DNA of 63,103 bases, counting the filler, from Acidimicrobiia bacterium (GTDB taxonomy: Bacteria; Actinomycetota; Acidimicrobiia; Spongiisociales; JAHEDJ01), in the NCBI GenBank assembly GCA_029210695.1. It is 11 parts of 11 records of this genome, joined end to end, with 100 filler letters (N's around TTAATTAATTAA, not from the genome) between each part and the next. Parts side by side here need not be neighbours in the genome. Positions count along the whole stretch, not along the records: positions 48,219 to 54,203 come from JARGFH010000107.1; positions 54,304 to 60,093 come from JARGFH010000108.1; 9 more parts are not named here. One strand, 5' to 3'. The notes beneath the pieces were generated by a model, which had not been told where the DNA came from, did no database searches, and worked only from the letters and a program-made list of their open reading frames with translations. Below are positions 48,356 through 58,080 of the stretch, piece by piece. Each line of letters starts with the position of its first letter. Positions within the stretch are counted from its first letter, which is position 1. The translations under genes and the position numbers were made by a program.

Positions 48356-50098
48356 ATGCCCGTTCCATACGACTGGTACAAGGACGCCGTCTTCTACGAG
48401 GTTCCGATTCGCTCATTCCGTGATGGCAACGGCGACGGGTTCGGCGATTTCGCCGGTTTGATCTCAAAGCTCGACTACATCGCCGCGCTCGGCGTCACCG
48501 CTATCTGGGTGCTCCCCTTCTACCCATCCCCTCTGCGGGACGACGGATACGACATCGCCGACTTCCGGGCGATCGATCCTCGCTACGGCGACCTCGACGA
48601 CTTCCGGACCTTCGTCGAAGCTGCCCACCAACGAGGATTGAAGGTGGTCACAGAACTCGTCATCAACCACACCTCGGTCGACCACCCGTGGTTCCAGCGG
48701 GCCAGGCGGGCGCCCGCCGGGTCCCCGGAACGCGACTTCTATGTGTGGAGCGACACCGATACGAAATTCCCGGAGGCCCGGATCATCTTCACCTTCTCGG
48801 AGGACTCCAACTGGGCCTGGGACGACGAAGCCGGCGCCTTCTACTGGCATCGCTTCTTCTCGCATCAACCCGATCTCAACTACGACAACCCGGCGGTCGG
48901 GGAAGCCGTCTACGAGGTCGCCGACTTCTGGCTCGGGATGGGCGTCGACGGGATGCGGCTGGATGCCGTGCCGTATCTCTTTGTGCGGGACGGGACCAAT
49001 GGGGAGAACCTTCCCGAGACCCACGCCTTCCTAAAGGAGTTCCGGGCGTACATCGACGAGCACTACCCGGGAACCATGCTGCTGGCCGAGGCGAACCAGT
49101 GGCCCGAAGAGGCTGTTGCCTATTTCGGCGACGGGGATGAGAGCCACATGAACTACCACTTCCCGCTCATGCCGAGGCTCTACATGGCAATGGCCCTCGG
49201 CGACCGGACTCCCGTCCAGGAGATCCTGGCCGGGACACCTCCCATCCCGGCGGTCGCACAGTGGGGCATCTTCGTTCGCAACCACGACGAGTTGACCCTC
49301 GAGATGGTCACCGACGAAGAGCGGGCCCTGATGCTCGATACGTACGCCCGCGACCCCCGGGCCCCGCTGAACGTTGGCATCCGGCGCCGCCTGGCCCCCC
49401 TGCTGGGCAACGACCCCCGCAAGATCCGCCTGATGCTGGCGCTGCTGTTTTCGTTGCCCGGATCACCTTTCCTCTACTACGGCGACGAGATCGGGATGGG
49501 CGATGACCTCGACCTGCCCGACCGCGACGGCGTCCGTACTCCCATGCAATGGGATGACTCACCGAACGCCGGCTTCTCATCTGCCCCACCAGATGCCCTC
49601 TACGCTCCGGCCATAGCCGACCCGGTCTACGGCTACGCATCGCTGAACGTGGCCGCCGAGGAGGCCGATCCGGAGTCGCTGCTCCACTGGGTGCGGCGGA
49701 CAATCGCCACCAGAGGCCGCCACCCGGCCTTCGGGCGGGGTGCCGTCGAATGGATCGAGCCGGCCGATTCGGCCGTTCTGGCGTTCCGGCTGAGCCACGA
49801 AGACGACTCGCTATTCGTGGCGGTCAACTTCGCCGACCGCCGTGCGGGGGTAGAGATTCCGTCGGGCACCGACGCCTTCACCGACCGTGCGCTGGAAGGC
49901 TCGGTGATCCTGGACCCATACGGTTTTCACTGGGTAGTTCTTCGGTCCCCCCGCAGGGGGGAAAGTACCGCCGCCGCAGACGGAGGTAGAGGGCCTCGGT
50001 CCCCCCGCAGGGGGGAAAGTACCGCCGCCGCAGACGGAGGTAGGGGGGCCTCGGTCCCCCCGCAGGGGGAAAGTACCGCCGCCGGCAGGCGGGGGTAG
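48356..50098 (+). CDS. treS: Trehalose synthase (maltose alpha-D-glucosyltransferase) with REP-derived tail
   Basis: WYKDAVFYE, RDDGYDIAD, RLDAVPYL, AEANQWPE, RNHDELTLEMV, GIRRRLAP. Confidence 0.93.
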   Translation: MPVPYDWYKDAVFYEVPIRSFRDGNGDGFGDFAGLISKLDYIAALGVTAIWVLPFYPSPLRDDGYDIADFRAIDPRYGDLDDFRTFVEAAHQRGLKVVTELVINHTSVDHPWFQRARRAPAGSPERDFYVWSDTDTKFPEARIIFTFSEDSNWAWDDEAGAFYWHRFFSHQPDLNYDNPAVGEAVYEVADFWLGMGVDGMRLDAVPYLFVRDGTNGENLPETHAFLKEFRAYIDEHYPGTMLLAEANQWPEEAVAYFGDGDESHMNYHFPLMPRLYMAMALGDRTPVQEILAGTPPIPAVAQWGIFVRNHDELTLEMVTDEERALMLDTYARDPRAPLNVGIRRRLAPLLGNDPRKIRLMLALLFSLPGSPFLYYGDEIGMGDDLDLPDRDGVRTPMQWDDSPNAGFSSAPPDALYAPAIADPVYGYASLNVAAEEADPESLLHWVRRTIATRGRHPAFGRGAVEWIEPADSAVLAFRLSHEDDSLFVAVNFADRRAGVEIPSGTDAFTDRALEGSVILDPYGFHWVVLRSPRRGESTAAADGGRGPRSPRRGESTAAADGGRGASVPPQGESTAAGRRG

Positions 50099-50160
50099 GG
50101 GGGCCTCGGTCCCCCCGCAGGGGGGAAAGTACCGCCGCCGGCAGGCGGGGGTAGGGGGGC
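49942..50160. repeat. Four tandem 54-55-bp REP-like units
   Basis: TCGGTCCCCCCGCAGGGGG(G)AAAGTACCGCCGCC...GGTAG(A/G)GGG units start at 49942, 49996, 50051 and 50106. Confidence 0.9.
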
Positions 50161-50178
50161 TCTTGGCAGGCCGACACA

Positions 50179-51774
50179 TCACGCCGGCCGCAGGATCACG
50201 CCTTCGTGCGATCTCAGGATGAGTCGCTTCTGCACCGGTCCATCCCGGTCCATGTCGGTCGAGACCTCGATCTCGCCTGGTCCGGTCGAAACCACTCGCT
50301 CATCCTCGGTGAAGTTGAGCGCCACGACGAGGCGCTCGGCGCCCAGCGTACGCTCGTATGCGAAGACGCCCTCAGCGGTCCTGAGCGAGCGATACGACCC
50401 GAATCGGAGCACATCACTTCCGCGCCGGAACTCCAGCAAGCGCCGGTAGAGGTGCAGCATCGACCTGGGATTCTCGAACTGGGCATCGACGTTCAGCTGC
50501 CGGTGGTCGTCGGGGATCGGGAGCCACGGTTTGGCCGACCCAGGCGGCGAAAACCCGGCCGTCGGAGACCCATCCCACGGCATCGGCGTGCGACAACCGT
50601 CCCGCGACTCAACGGTGGGTTCCTGCAGCGACCACGGATCCTGCTGCCGGTCGCGCGGGATCTCCGCATTTGTCAACCCGAGTTCGTCCCCGTAGTACAA
50701 CGTCGGCGTTCCCCGCAGCGTCAGCAGGAGCATGGCCGCCACCCGGGCCTGATCGGCTCCGTACCTTCCCACCAGTCGGCGCTCGTCGTGATTCCCGAGC
50801 ACGTAATTCGGCCAGCCGCCCTCCGGGACGGACGCCTCGACGGCCTCCACCAGTTGGCGAAAGCGGCCTGCGTCCCACGGCGCCCAGATGAGCGAGAAGT
50901 TGAACGGCATATGCAGCTCGTCTAGGTCGTCTCCGTAGTACTTCGCCCATTCATCGAAGTCGAAGATGTGGATCTCACCCACCGTGAACCGATCGCCCGG
51001 GTAAGAATCGACGACGGCACGCAGGTCGCGGAACACCCGGTGGACGTCCGGGTGGCCCTTGTCGTACAGGTGGAGTTGTGCGTCGTACTCACCCAACGCC
51101 TTGAACGAGGCGTCGACAAACGGGGCCGGAGGGTTGTCGCGCAGCTCAGGGTCCTTCATGATCAAGTGGGCGACATCTAGCCGGAAGCCGTCGACATCGC
51201 GGTCGAGCCAGAACCGGACGACATCGAACATCGCCTCTTGCACCTGCGGGTTGCGCCAGTTGAGATCGGGCTGGGAGACGAGGAATGAGTGGAGGTAGTA
51301 CTGCCCCGTCAATTCATCGAGCCTCCACGCTTTGCCTCCAAAACCGGACAGCCAGTTGTTCGGAGGCGACCCGTCCTCTTTGGGATCCCGCCAGACGTAC
51401 CAGTCGCGTTTCGGGTTGATCCGTGACGAACGCGACTCGATGAACCACGGGTGCCGGTCGGAGGTGTGGTTCGGCACGAGGTCGATGATGATCCTCAGGC
51501 CCCGATCGTGGGCGGACGACAGCAACTCATCGAAATCCTCCAACGTGCCGAAGATCGGATCGACGTCGCAGAAGTCCGACACGTCGTAGCCGAAGTCCTT
51601 CATAGGAGATGGGTAGAAGGGCGACAACCAGATGGCATCGACGCCGAGAGTGTCTGAGAGGTAGTCGAGCATGTCGATCACGCCGCGCAGATCACCCACC
51701 CCGTTACCGTCGGAATCGGCGAAACTGCGCGGATAGACCTGATAAACGACGGCGCTCTGCCACCAGGTGGTCAT
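50179..51774 (-). CDS. GH13 alpha-glucosidase
   Basis: YQVYPRSF, DFGYDVSD, PNHTSD, GFRLDVA, GNHD, RDGCRTPM. Confidence 0.93.
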   Translation of the reverse strand: MTTWWQSAVVYQVYPRSFADSDGNGVGDLRGVIDMLDYLSDTLGVDAIWLSPFYPSPMKDFGYDVSDFCDVDPIFGTLEDFDELLSSAHDRGLRIIIDLVPNHTSDRHPWFIESRSSRINPKRDWYVWRDPKEDGSPPNNWLSGFGGKAWRLDELTGQYYLHSFLVSQPDLNWRNPQVQEAMFDVVRFWLDRDVDGFRLDVAHLIMKDPELRDNPPAPFVDASFKALGEYDAQLHLYDKGHPDVHRVFRDLRAVVDSYPGDRFTVGEIHIFDFDEWAKYYGDDLDELHMPFNFSLIWAPWDAGRFRQLVEAVEASVPEGGWPNYVLGNHDERRLVGRYGADQARVAAMLLLTLRGTPTLYYGDELGLTNAEIPRDRQQDPWSLQEPTVESRDGCRTPMPWDGSPTAGFSPPGSAKPWLPIPDDHRQLNVDAQFENPRSMLHLYRRLLEFRRGSDVLRFGSYRSLRTAEGVFAYERTLGAERLVVALNFTEDERVVSTGPGEIEVSTDMDRDGPVQKRLILRSHEGVILRPA

Positions 51775-51826
51775 GTCGCCAGGCTACGTGGTTCCAAGGC
51801 CGGCCCTACTCGTTCTCGACCCTGCG

Positions 51827-52252
51827 TCACGCCGGCCGTTCAGCCTTGTCTTTCAATCCTTTGGCGAACTGCTTGAACGAGGGCAGCAGATCGGGCATCG
51901 ACCTCCAGATCGGTTGCAGGAACAGACCGGTGTACTCCTCGCGCATGTCGAATCTCGTCACCGTCTCGCTCTCGGGCGTCAACGTGAACGTCCGTACCCC
52001 TTTGAACAGCCCGAACGGCATCCCGCCGGTCCACGTCATACTGGAGGGAACATCCAGCCCTGTCACTCTCACGGAAAACGCACGACCCGGATTGACCTTC
52101 GAGTAGACCTTGATCTTGTTGTCGAACGCGATCGAGCCTTCCACTCGTTCGACGCCGGAGTCCCATCCGGTGTATCCGGACGCGTCAACCAGGACGGCCC
52201 AGACGGCCTCAGGTGTGGCGTTGATCGTGGCGGTGACCTCGTACGACTCCAT
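51827..52252 (-). CDS. SRPBCC/polyketide cyclase domain protein
   Basis: INATPEAVWAVL.D, GGMPFGLFKG.RTF, FAKGLK. Confidence 0.85.
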   Translation of the reverse strand: MESYEVTATINATPEAVWAVLVDASGYTGWDSGVERVEGSIAFDNKIKVYSKVNPGRAFSVRVTGLDVPSSMTWTGGMPFGLFKGVRTFTLTPESETVTRFDMREEYTGLFLQPIWRSMPDLLPSFKQFAKGLKDKAERPA

Positions 52253-52275
52253 GAACGGCTCCTCGAATCAGCGAC

Positions 52276-54117
52276 TCAGACGTATAGACCCTCGATCGCC
52301 TCAGCGTAGCGTTCGTGGATCACCCGTCGCTTCAGCTTGAGCGTCGGGGTGAGCTCTTCGCTCTCGGGCGTCCACTCGTTTGGTAGCACGACGAACCGTT
52401 TGATCTGTTCGACCCTGGCGACATGTTCGTTCGCCTCATCGACCGCCTTCTGCACCTCGGCCTGGATCTCCGGCAGTTGCGAGAACGATGCCATGTCCGT
52501 GTAGGGAATCCCCTGCCGTTCGGCCCAGGCCGGCGCCATGTCTCCGTCGAGCACGACGAGGGCGCTGAGGTACTTCCTGCGGTCGCCGATCACACACGCC
52601 TGGCCGACGAGCGGATGATTCTTGATCAAACCCTCGAGCTTGGTCGGTGCGATGTTCTTGCCACCGGCCGTGATGATCAGTTCCTTCTTACGGTCGACGA
52701 TCGAGACGAACCCGTCGGCATCGATCTCGGCGAGATCGCCGGTCAACACCCAGCCGTCGACGAACGTCTCGGTAGTTTCGTTCGGCATCTTGAAGTAGCC
52801 GGCGGTGACATTGCCTCCGGTCATCATCAACTCACCGTCGGCGGCGAGTTTGACCTCTCCACCGGCGATTGCCCGTCCGACCGTGCCGATCTTGTTGGCC
52901 CCCGGCAGATTGGTGGTGCCGGGACCGCTCAGCTCGCTCATCCCCCACAGCTTGAAGAGCGGCAGGCCGATCCCCTGGAAGAACTCGAGGAGTTCGGGCG
53001 CAATCGGCGCGGCCGTTGAGATGGCAACGGTCACCTCGCCCATGCCGAGTCCGTCGAGGATCTTGGTGAGCACGATCTTGTCGAGCACCTTGTGCCGCAG
53101 TCCGGTCAGGAAGGGAATCGGCTTCCCCTGCTGTTGGAGACGCACGACCTCCTCGCCGGTTTTGATGGCCGCCATCGCCAGGGTCCGTTTCAGACCTTCC
53201 TCGCCTTCCAACCGCGCCATCAATCCCGCCTGGAACCGCTCGTAGACCCGCGGGGCGGCCACGAAGATGTTGGGCTTGGCTTCCTGCACGTACTCGAGTA
53301 CCTGGGTCATGTCCGGGCAGTACCAGACCTCACCGACGTACTGCAGTCCCAGGTAGTGGCTGGCGACCCGTTCGGCGATATGGGCCAGCGGTAGGAAAGA
53401 CACGAGCCGGGGATGGCGCGGGAGGCTGATCGTCCGTTCTGTCGACTCGACCGTCCACAGGACGTTGTAGTGGGTTATTACAACGCCCTTCGGCGTCCCG
53501 GTGGTGCCGGAGGTGTAGATCAGGGTGGCGATGTCGTTGGGAGTCAACTCGGAACTGCGTGCGTCGACGAGGTCCGGGGTCGCCGCTAGTCGAGCCTTGC
53601 CACGGGCGAGCAGATCATCCCACGACAAAACCCAGTCGGTGTTCGCGTAATTCTCGGCACCTTCCATCAGAACGATGTATTCGAGGTTCGGAAGTTCTGG
53701 CTTCGCCTCTTCCCACCGCTTCATGAACTCGAGGTTCTCCAGGATTGCTACCCGTGCTCCGCAGTGGGCGCCGATGTAGGCCACTTGCTGGGTCGCCAGC
53801 GTCGAGTAGAGCGTCACCGGCGTGGCAGCCGCGTGCATGACACCCAGGTCGGCGATCACATGCTCCGGTCGGTTGGAGGCCATCAGCGCCACGAAGTCGC
53901 CGCGACCAACTCCCAGGTCGATGAGGCCGGCCGCCACCTCGAGCACTTGGGTTCGATATTCCGACCAGGTGAGCTCCTTCCACACATCGCCTTCGCGCCA
54001 ATGAAAGGCCGGTCGGGATGGATGCTCGGTCGCGTTGCTGGCGAAAACGTCAACGACGGTGCGCCCTTCCACAGATGCATCTATCTCGGCTCTGACTATG
54101 GCCTCGTTGCTCGCCAT
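52276..54117 (-). CDS. Long-chain fatty acid-CoA ligase
   Basis: IYTSGTTGTPKG, WGMSE, TGDL, DRKKELIITAGGKN, ELTPTLK. Confidence 0.92.
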   Translation of the reverse strand: MASNEAIVRAEIDASVEGRTVVDVFASNATEHPSRPAFHWREGDVWKELTWSEYRTQVLEVAAGLIDLGVGRGDFVALMASNRPEHVIADLGVMHAAATPVTLYSTLATQQVAYIGAHCGARVAILENLEFMKRWEEAKPELPNLEYIVLMEGAENYANTDWVLSWDDLLARGKARLAATPDLVDARSSELTPNDIATLIYTSGTTGTPKGVVITHYNVLWTVESTERTISLPRHPRLVSFLPLAHIAERVASHYLGLQYVGEVWYCPDMTQVLEYVQEAKPNIFVAAPRVYERFQAGLMARLEGEEGLKRTLAMAAIKTGEEVVRLQQQGKPIPFLTGLRHKVLDKIVLTKILDGLGMGEVTVAISTAAPIAPELLEFFQGIGLPLFKLWGMSELSGPGTTNLPGANKIGTVGRAIAGGEVKLAADGELMMTGGNVTAGYFKMPNETTETFVDGWVLTGDLAEIDADGFVSIVDRKKELIITAGGKNIAPTKLEGLIKNHPLVGQACVIGDRRKYLSALVVLDGDMAPAWAERQGIPYTDMASFSQLPEIQAEVQKAVDEANEHVARVEQIKRFVVLPNEWTPESEELTPTLKLKRRVIHERYAEAIEGLYV

Positions 54118-54126
54118 GGTGTCCTC

Positions 54127-54203
54127 CTAAGCCTGGATCCACCGGTCTGATCGGTGTCTGACGGTTGGGATTGACATAGAAAATGCCTTCTGACCTGGGA
54201 GAA
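54127..54203 (+). mobile_element. IS1380-family terminus
   Basis: CTAAGCCTGGATCCACCG is the inverted complement of the 61669-61686 end. Confidence 0.8.
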
Positions 54204-54303
54204 NNNNNNNNNNNNNNNNNNNNNNNNNNNNNNNNNNNNNNNNNNNNTTAATTAATTAANNNNNNNNNNNNNNNNNNNNNNNNNNNNNNNNNNNNNNNNN
54301 NNN

Positions 54304-54389
54304 TCACCGTGGCCATCACCAGTCTCCAAGAGCACCAACCGGCGCTCCCACCCGAAGGTAAACCACTGACAAGTTGCCCGATGTCTACA
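54304..54389 (+). mobile_element. Probable IS481-like right end
   Basis: Ends ACAAGTTGCCCGATGTCTACA (TGT...TTGT IR pattern) at the contig start. Confidence 0.45.
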
Positions 54390-54406
54390 CGTAGACGTGG
54401 GAGCCT

Positions 54407-54916
54407 GTGATGGAACTGGATCGGGGCGTCCTGGCGAGGATCGACCGCAAGCTCCTCGCCGGCCTCGGACAGAACGAGACTGACCGAATGGTCCGCGTGC
54501 CGGTGACGGCTTCGAAGTGGTCGACATGGAAGCGCTACTGCGACTCAGCCGGTGTCTCGATGGGCCGTGCCATAGTGACGCTGATCAACCGGGAACTGGC
54601 CAGCGTGTTCGGTGATCACACCGGCGATCACCCACCGGTGTTCGCGGAGCAGGCTGAAGAGGAGCTGACCAGACGTCAGGCACAGGTCACCCGCCGAGAA
54701 CTGGATGCGGCGGCGGCCGAGGAACGGCTACGAGCGTGGAACGAGCGCCTCCACACTTGGGAGGGCGAGCTCGAGGCCCGCGAGCAGCGAGCCGAACTCA
54801 CAGCCAAGATTCCTGCTCGACCCAGGGAGACGCCGACCAGGGTCAAGCGCAACGAGCGATGCCCGTGCGGTTCGGGCCTCAAGTACAAGCACTGCCACGG
54901 CCTGCCCGGTCGGTAG
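54407..54916 (+). CDS. SEC-C motif protein with RHH-like N-terminus and coiled coil
   Basis: VRVPV..W..WKRYC..MGRAI; E/R-rich coil; RNERCPCGSGLKYKHCHG. Confidence 0.8.
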   Translation: MMELDRGVLARIDRKLLAGLGQNETDRMVRVPVTASKWSTWKRYCDSAGVSMGRAIVTLINRELASVFGDHTGDHPPVFAEQAEEELTRRQAQVTRRELDAAAAEERLRAWNERLHTWEGELEAREQRAELTAKIPARPRETPTRVKRNERCPCGSGLKYKHCHGLPGR

Positions 54917-55152
54917 CAGGGCGTGCTTCCAGACGATGTCCTGCCAGCACCGATTGAGTCTCGTATGTTGGTCAAGGGTTTGATCTGGGGTGGCTTGGGA
55001 CGTGGTGGGAACCTCCCCGGGTATTGCGCAGGCCGATTCCCCTTGGCTCGATGAGGAATCGGTTGGATGTCACTAGGGGCCGAAACCCCAATATCAGCCC
55101 TAGCTGCGTGTTTCCCCTCGCGCAGCTGCAGGCGCGCCGCCGGGAGGCTTCC

Positions 55153-56379
55153 TCATGGTACGGGGCTCTCGGGCACCTCCGTGGATTGGGGGGCAGAGCG
55201 AACGTACCGCTCTTGTGCCTCCTGGAAGGGAATCACTGCAATGGAGAACAGTGTCTTGCTGTCTGCCTGGGCGATGAGGTCGTCGAGATGGCTGAGGTTG
55301 AGGTTGCTGCTCACGTAGAAGGCCAGTCCTCCGTCGCCGACGCCGATGGCCTCGGAGACGATCTCGGCCGAGATGGTGCCGAGCCACGCCAGCGGTGGGT
55401 CACCCACGCGGGCATGCTCCTTCTTGAGCCATATCTCTAGTGTTTGGCCGTTTTCGACGTAGATGGGCAGAAAGGCCAAAGGATGGCTGTAGCGGAGGGG
55501 AACGCATTCGTTCCACCCTTGGGTGGGTACTTTGGTGCACACCGAGGCGGGGAACGGCTCCCAGCTCGAGGGCAGTTCGAGTAGCCACCAGACCGCATCT
55601 AGTGACTCCATGACTGCGTCGGGGGTGTCGGTGGTCGGATCGATGGCCCGCACGTTCGGGTCGCGTTCCACCCAGGGTATCTCCGGCGTTTGTGTCGGTT
55701 CGACGGTAGCGGTACGCCAGTAGGCGGCCTCCACCGAATCCGGATCGAGCACGACCTCCCGCAGGAACTCAGCCGGGGAGTCCCAGCCTCCTTCTTGCGC
55801 TATCGACGCTACGACCTCGTTGAAGCCGCGCTTGCAGTCGGACAGGAAGGCCACCGATCCGTCGTCAAACAGCGCGGTCACGTTCTGTGTCCGTCCACTC
55901 TCTGACGACACTGGGACGAGGAAGGACGCTCCCATCTCAGCCGCCTCGGTGATCTTGGGTATGACCTTGACCATGAGGGTGATGTGGTCGACGCCCACGG
56001 GGCTGCCGAGGCGGGCGGCACCCTCGAGACCGATGTCGATCGTTTCTCTCTCATTGTCTACTGGGCCGGCCTCCTCGAGAGCTGACAGCAGTTTCTCCGC
56101 CGAGAACTCAGCCTGCGGAACACCAAACCATTCCGACAGCGGTCGGAAATCGATGAAGACTCCCGGCGGGCAGTCCCCCCAATGCGCCGGGATGGAGACC
56201 GGGGCAGCCGAAGTCATCTCCTCCGGCTGTAGCGCCGCCGCCTCCAAGGGAGCAGGCGACGGGTCCAAGGGGGTAGACACATCCGAGATCTCCTCTGCCG
56301 GGACCGCACATGCAGAAGCGGAGAGCACGACCAATACCACGATGACAGATGTTGAGGAAAGGTGTTGCCACTTCATCAT
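55153..56379 (-). CDS. Acidic lipoprotein, hypothetical
   Basis: Lipobox ASAC; ATGA overlap with the upstream protease stop. Confidence 0.7.
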   Translation of the reverse strand: MMKWQHLSSTSVIVVLVVLSASACAVPAEEISDVSTPLDPSPAPLEAAALQPEEMTSAAPVSIPAHWGDCPPGVFIDFRPLSEWFGVPQAEFSAEKLLSALEEAGPVDNERETIDIGLEGAARLGSPVGVDHITLMVKVIPKITEAAEMGASFLVPVSSESGRTQNVTALFDDGSVAFLSDCKRGFNEVVASIAQEGGWDSPAEFLREVVLDPDSVEAAYWRTATVEPTQTPEIPWVERDPNVRAIDPTTDTPDAVMESLDAVWWLLELPSSWEPFPASVCTKVPTQGWNECVPLRYSHPLAFLPIYVENGQTLEIWLKKEHARVGDPPLAWLGTISAEIVSEAIGVGDGGLAFYVSSNLNLSHLDDLIAQADSKTLFSIAVIPFQEAQERYVRSAPQSTEVPESPVP

Positions 56380-57458
56380 GACTCCCAGACTCGGGCGTTG
56401 TCGATGTCGATCTCCCTGTAGGACCCATCAGCCTTGACACTGCTGTAAATGTAAATCTGGATGTCGTAAGCGTCATATCCAGTCGGCAGGTCCATATCCG
56501 GGAAATCGCGATTCACCCAGGATGTCGTGGGGGTGTAGGTGCCCCACGAAGAGTAGTGCCACTGCCCTTCCTGAGCGGTGACAGTGTTCTGGTACCGCCC
56601 ATTCGGATAGAAACAGCCGGCGACCGGGTTAGCGTAGTCTCTGCCTCTCACTCTCATTCTGACGCTCACGTATCCGGTAGTGGTTCCCGCTGTGTACTTC
56701 CGAAGACTCATCCGGGGAGTGAGATCGACCCCTGGTTCTGTGTTGAGCGTCACCGTCTGATAGACGAATGATGTCGACGAGAGCGGCTTCCAGCCGAGAG
56801 ATCGATACCCGTAATGGGCGGTATCTGTTCGGATCAGCTTGGTGTGTGAGCCGGAGAAACCCCAATACGTGTAGTCGCGTTCGAAACCAATGTTGGAGTG
56901 AATGCCAGCCGCGGCTGAGAAGACCTCGAACATCTTCGCCGAGTCGTCTTGGGACAAAGACCTCGTGGTGCCGAAGTCTTGGCACGTTGCCATCAGAGGG
57001 AACCGTCCATCGCGAGAGTCATACTGGCCGGTGTGGTCAAAACCCAAGACGTGGCCCATCTCGTGGGCTGCGACATCGCGCAGCCCATTGCCCGATAGAC
57101 TGTCGTTGACCTCGATCTCCCTCGAATTGCAGTACGTGACACCATTCACGTCATCGTCGCCACCAGGTTCGTCGACCCTATGGATGTTCCATACGCCGGA
57201 CCCACCTCCCCGGTCAATATCGACAAAGGCCTGGCCCGTATAGTCGCGCGGGACCTCCCAATCGTTGGCACCGGCATCAACCTCGGCACGATGCGCAGCT
57301 GTCCAGTCGGTGAAATAGTTGACAAACGCGTAGTCGAACTCGCCGTCGCCACAGAAACCTGCCGTCACGTCATCTAAATCGATACCCGACGCCACCCCAG
57401 CGTCAACCGCCAGCACCAAGAGAGCAAACGCCGGTATCAACCGCAGCCATCGTCGCAT
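56376..57458 (-). CDS. Secreted metzincin (matrixin-like) metalloprotease with C-terminal beta domain
   Basis: Signal peptide, HEMGHVLGFDH, Met-turn PLMA; AAGGAGGGAG RBS. Confidence 0.82.
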   Translation of the reverse strand: MRRWLRLIPAFALLVLAVDAGVASGIDLDDVTAGFCGDGEFDYAFVNYFTDWTAAHRAEVDAGANDWEVPRDYTGQAFVDIDRGGGSGVWNIHRVDEPGGDDDVNGVTYCNSREIEVNDSLSGNGLRDVAAHEMGHVLGFDHTGQYDSRDGRFPLMATCQDFGTTRSLSQDDSAKMFEVFSAAAGIHSNIGFERDYTYWGFSGSHTKLIRTDTAHYGYRSLGWKPLSSTSFVYQTVTLNTEPGVDLTPRMSLRKYTAGTTTGYVSVRMRVRGRDYANPVAGCFYPNGRYQNTVTAQEGQWHYSSWGTYTPTTSWVNRDFPDMDLPTGYDAYDIQIYIYSSVKADGSYREIDIDNARVWES

Positions 57459-58080
57459 CTCGCAAACTCCCTCCTTCGCGACTCCAAGCCTGCGGCCCGC
57501 CGGGCACGACAGGGCGATATCTCGTCCGCTACGACAAGGAACCGCAGAAACAGAAGCAACCCTGCCAGTCCCCGCATCCACAGACCGCTTTTCGAGTGAC
57601 CTCCGCGTTCACCGTCGGCGGCCTACTCTCACGATTGCATTCTTGGGCGCGGCATCGCCAGAGGCCTTTGTCACATCACGCGTCCGAATGCTCGACACAC
57701 GCACATCTAAGACCCAATGGGCAGGGAAGCAGTCCGTCCTCAAGGAGCGGAACCGCGACCAGCGCAACCAGGAGAAGTGCGATCACAGTGGCTCGGGTCG
57801 CCCAGCTAGAGAGAAACGCCCGGATGAAGCCATCTTCGATCCAGGCTACAAGCGATCGGGCAGTCAGGTTTGAGGCAGGCCCGGGCCATCCTGTCGGGCG
57901 AACATCGATGTGTTCACCTACTCGTTCACAGAGGCAAACATCTTCCAGCCCGACTTCAGTGGGGAGGAACCTTGCTGGAACATCAACGCCTGGCAGGGCA
58001 CCACGCACCGTAGTAGCCGGGACGGCCACGGGAAGACGAACTCGCTAGGTACCCTCGGCGGCTGGAATACAACGGGCTTC

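Noticed and set aside
49942..50160. Possible CRISPR array
   Set aside because: The units are contiguous with no unique spacers, and there are no cas genes; this is a REP-like tandem.
57596..58048. ORFs between the protease and the recombinase
   Set aside because: No motifs or clear RBS; possibly a remnant but not supportable.
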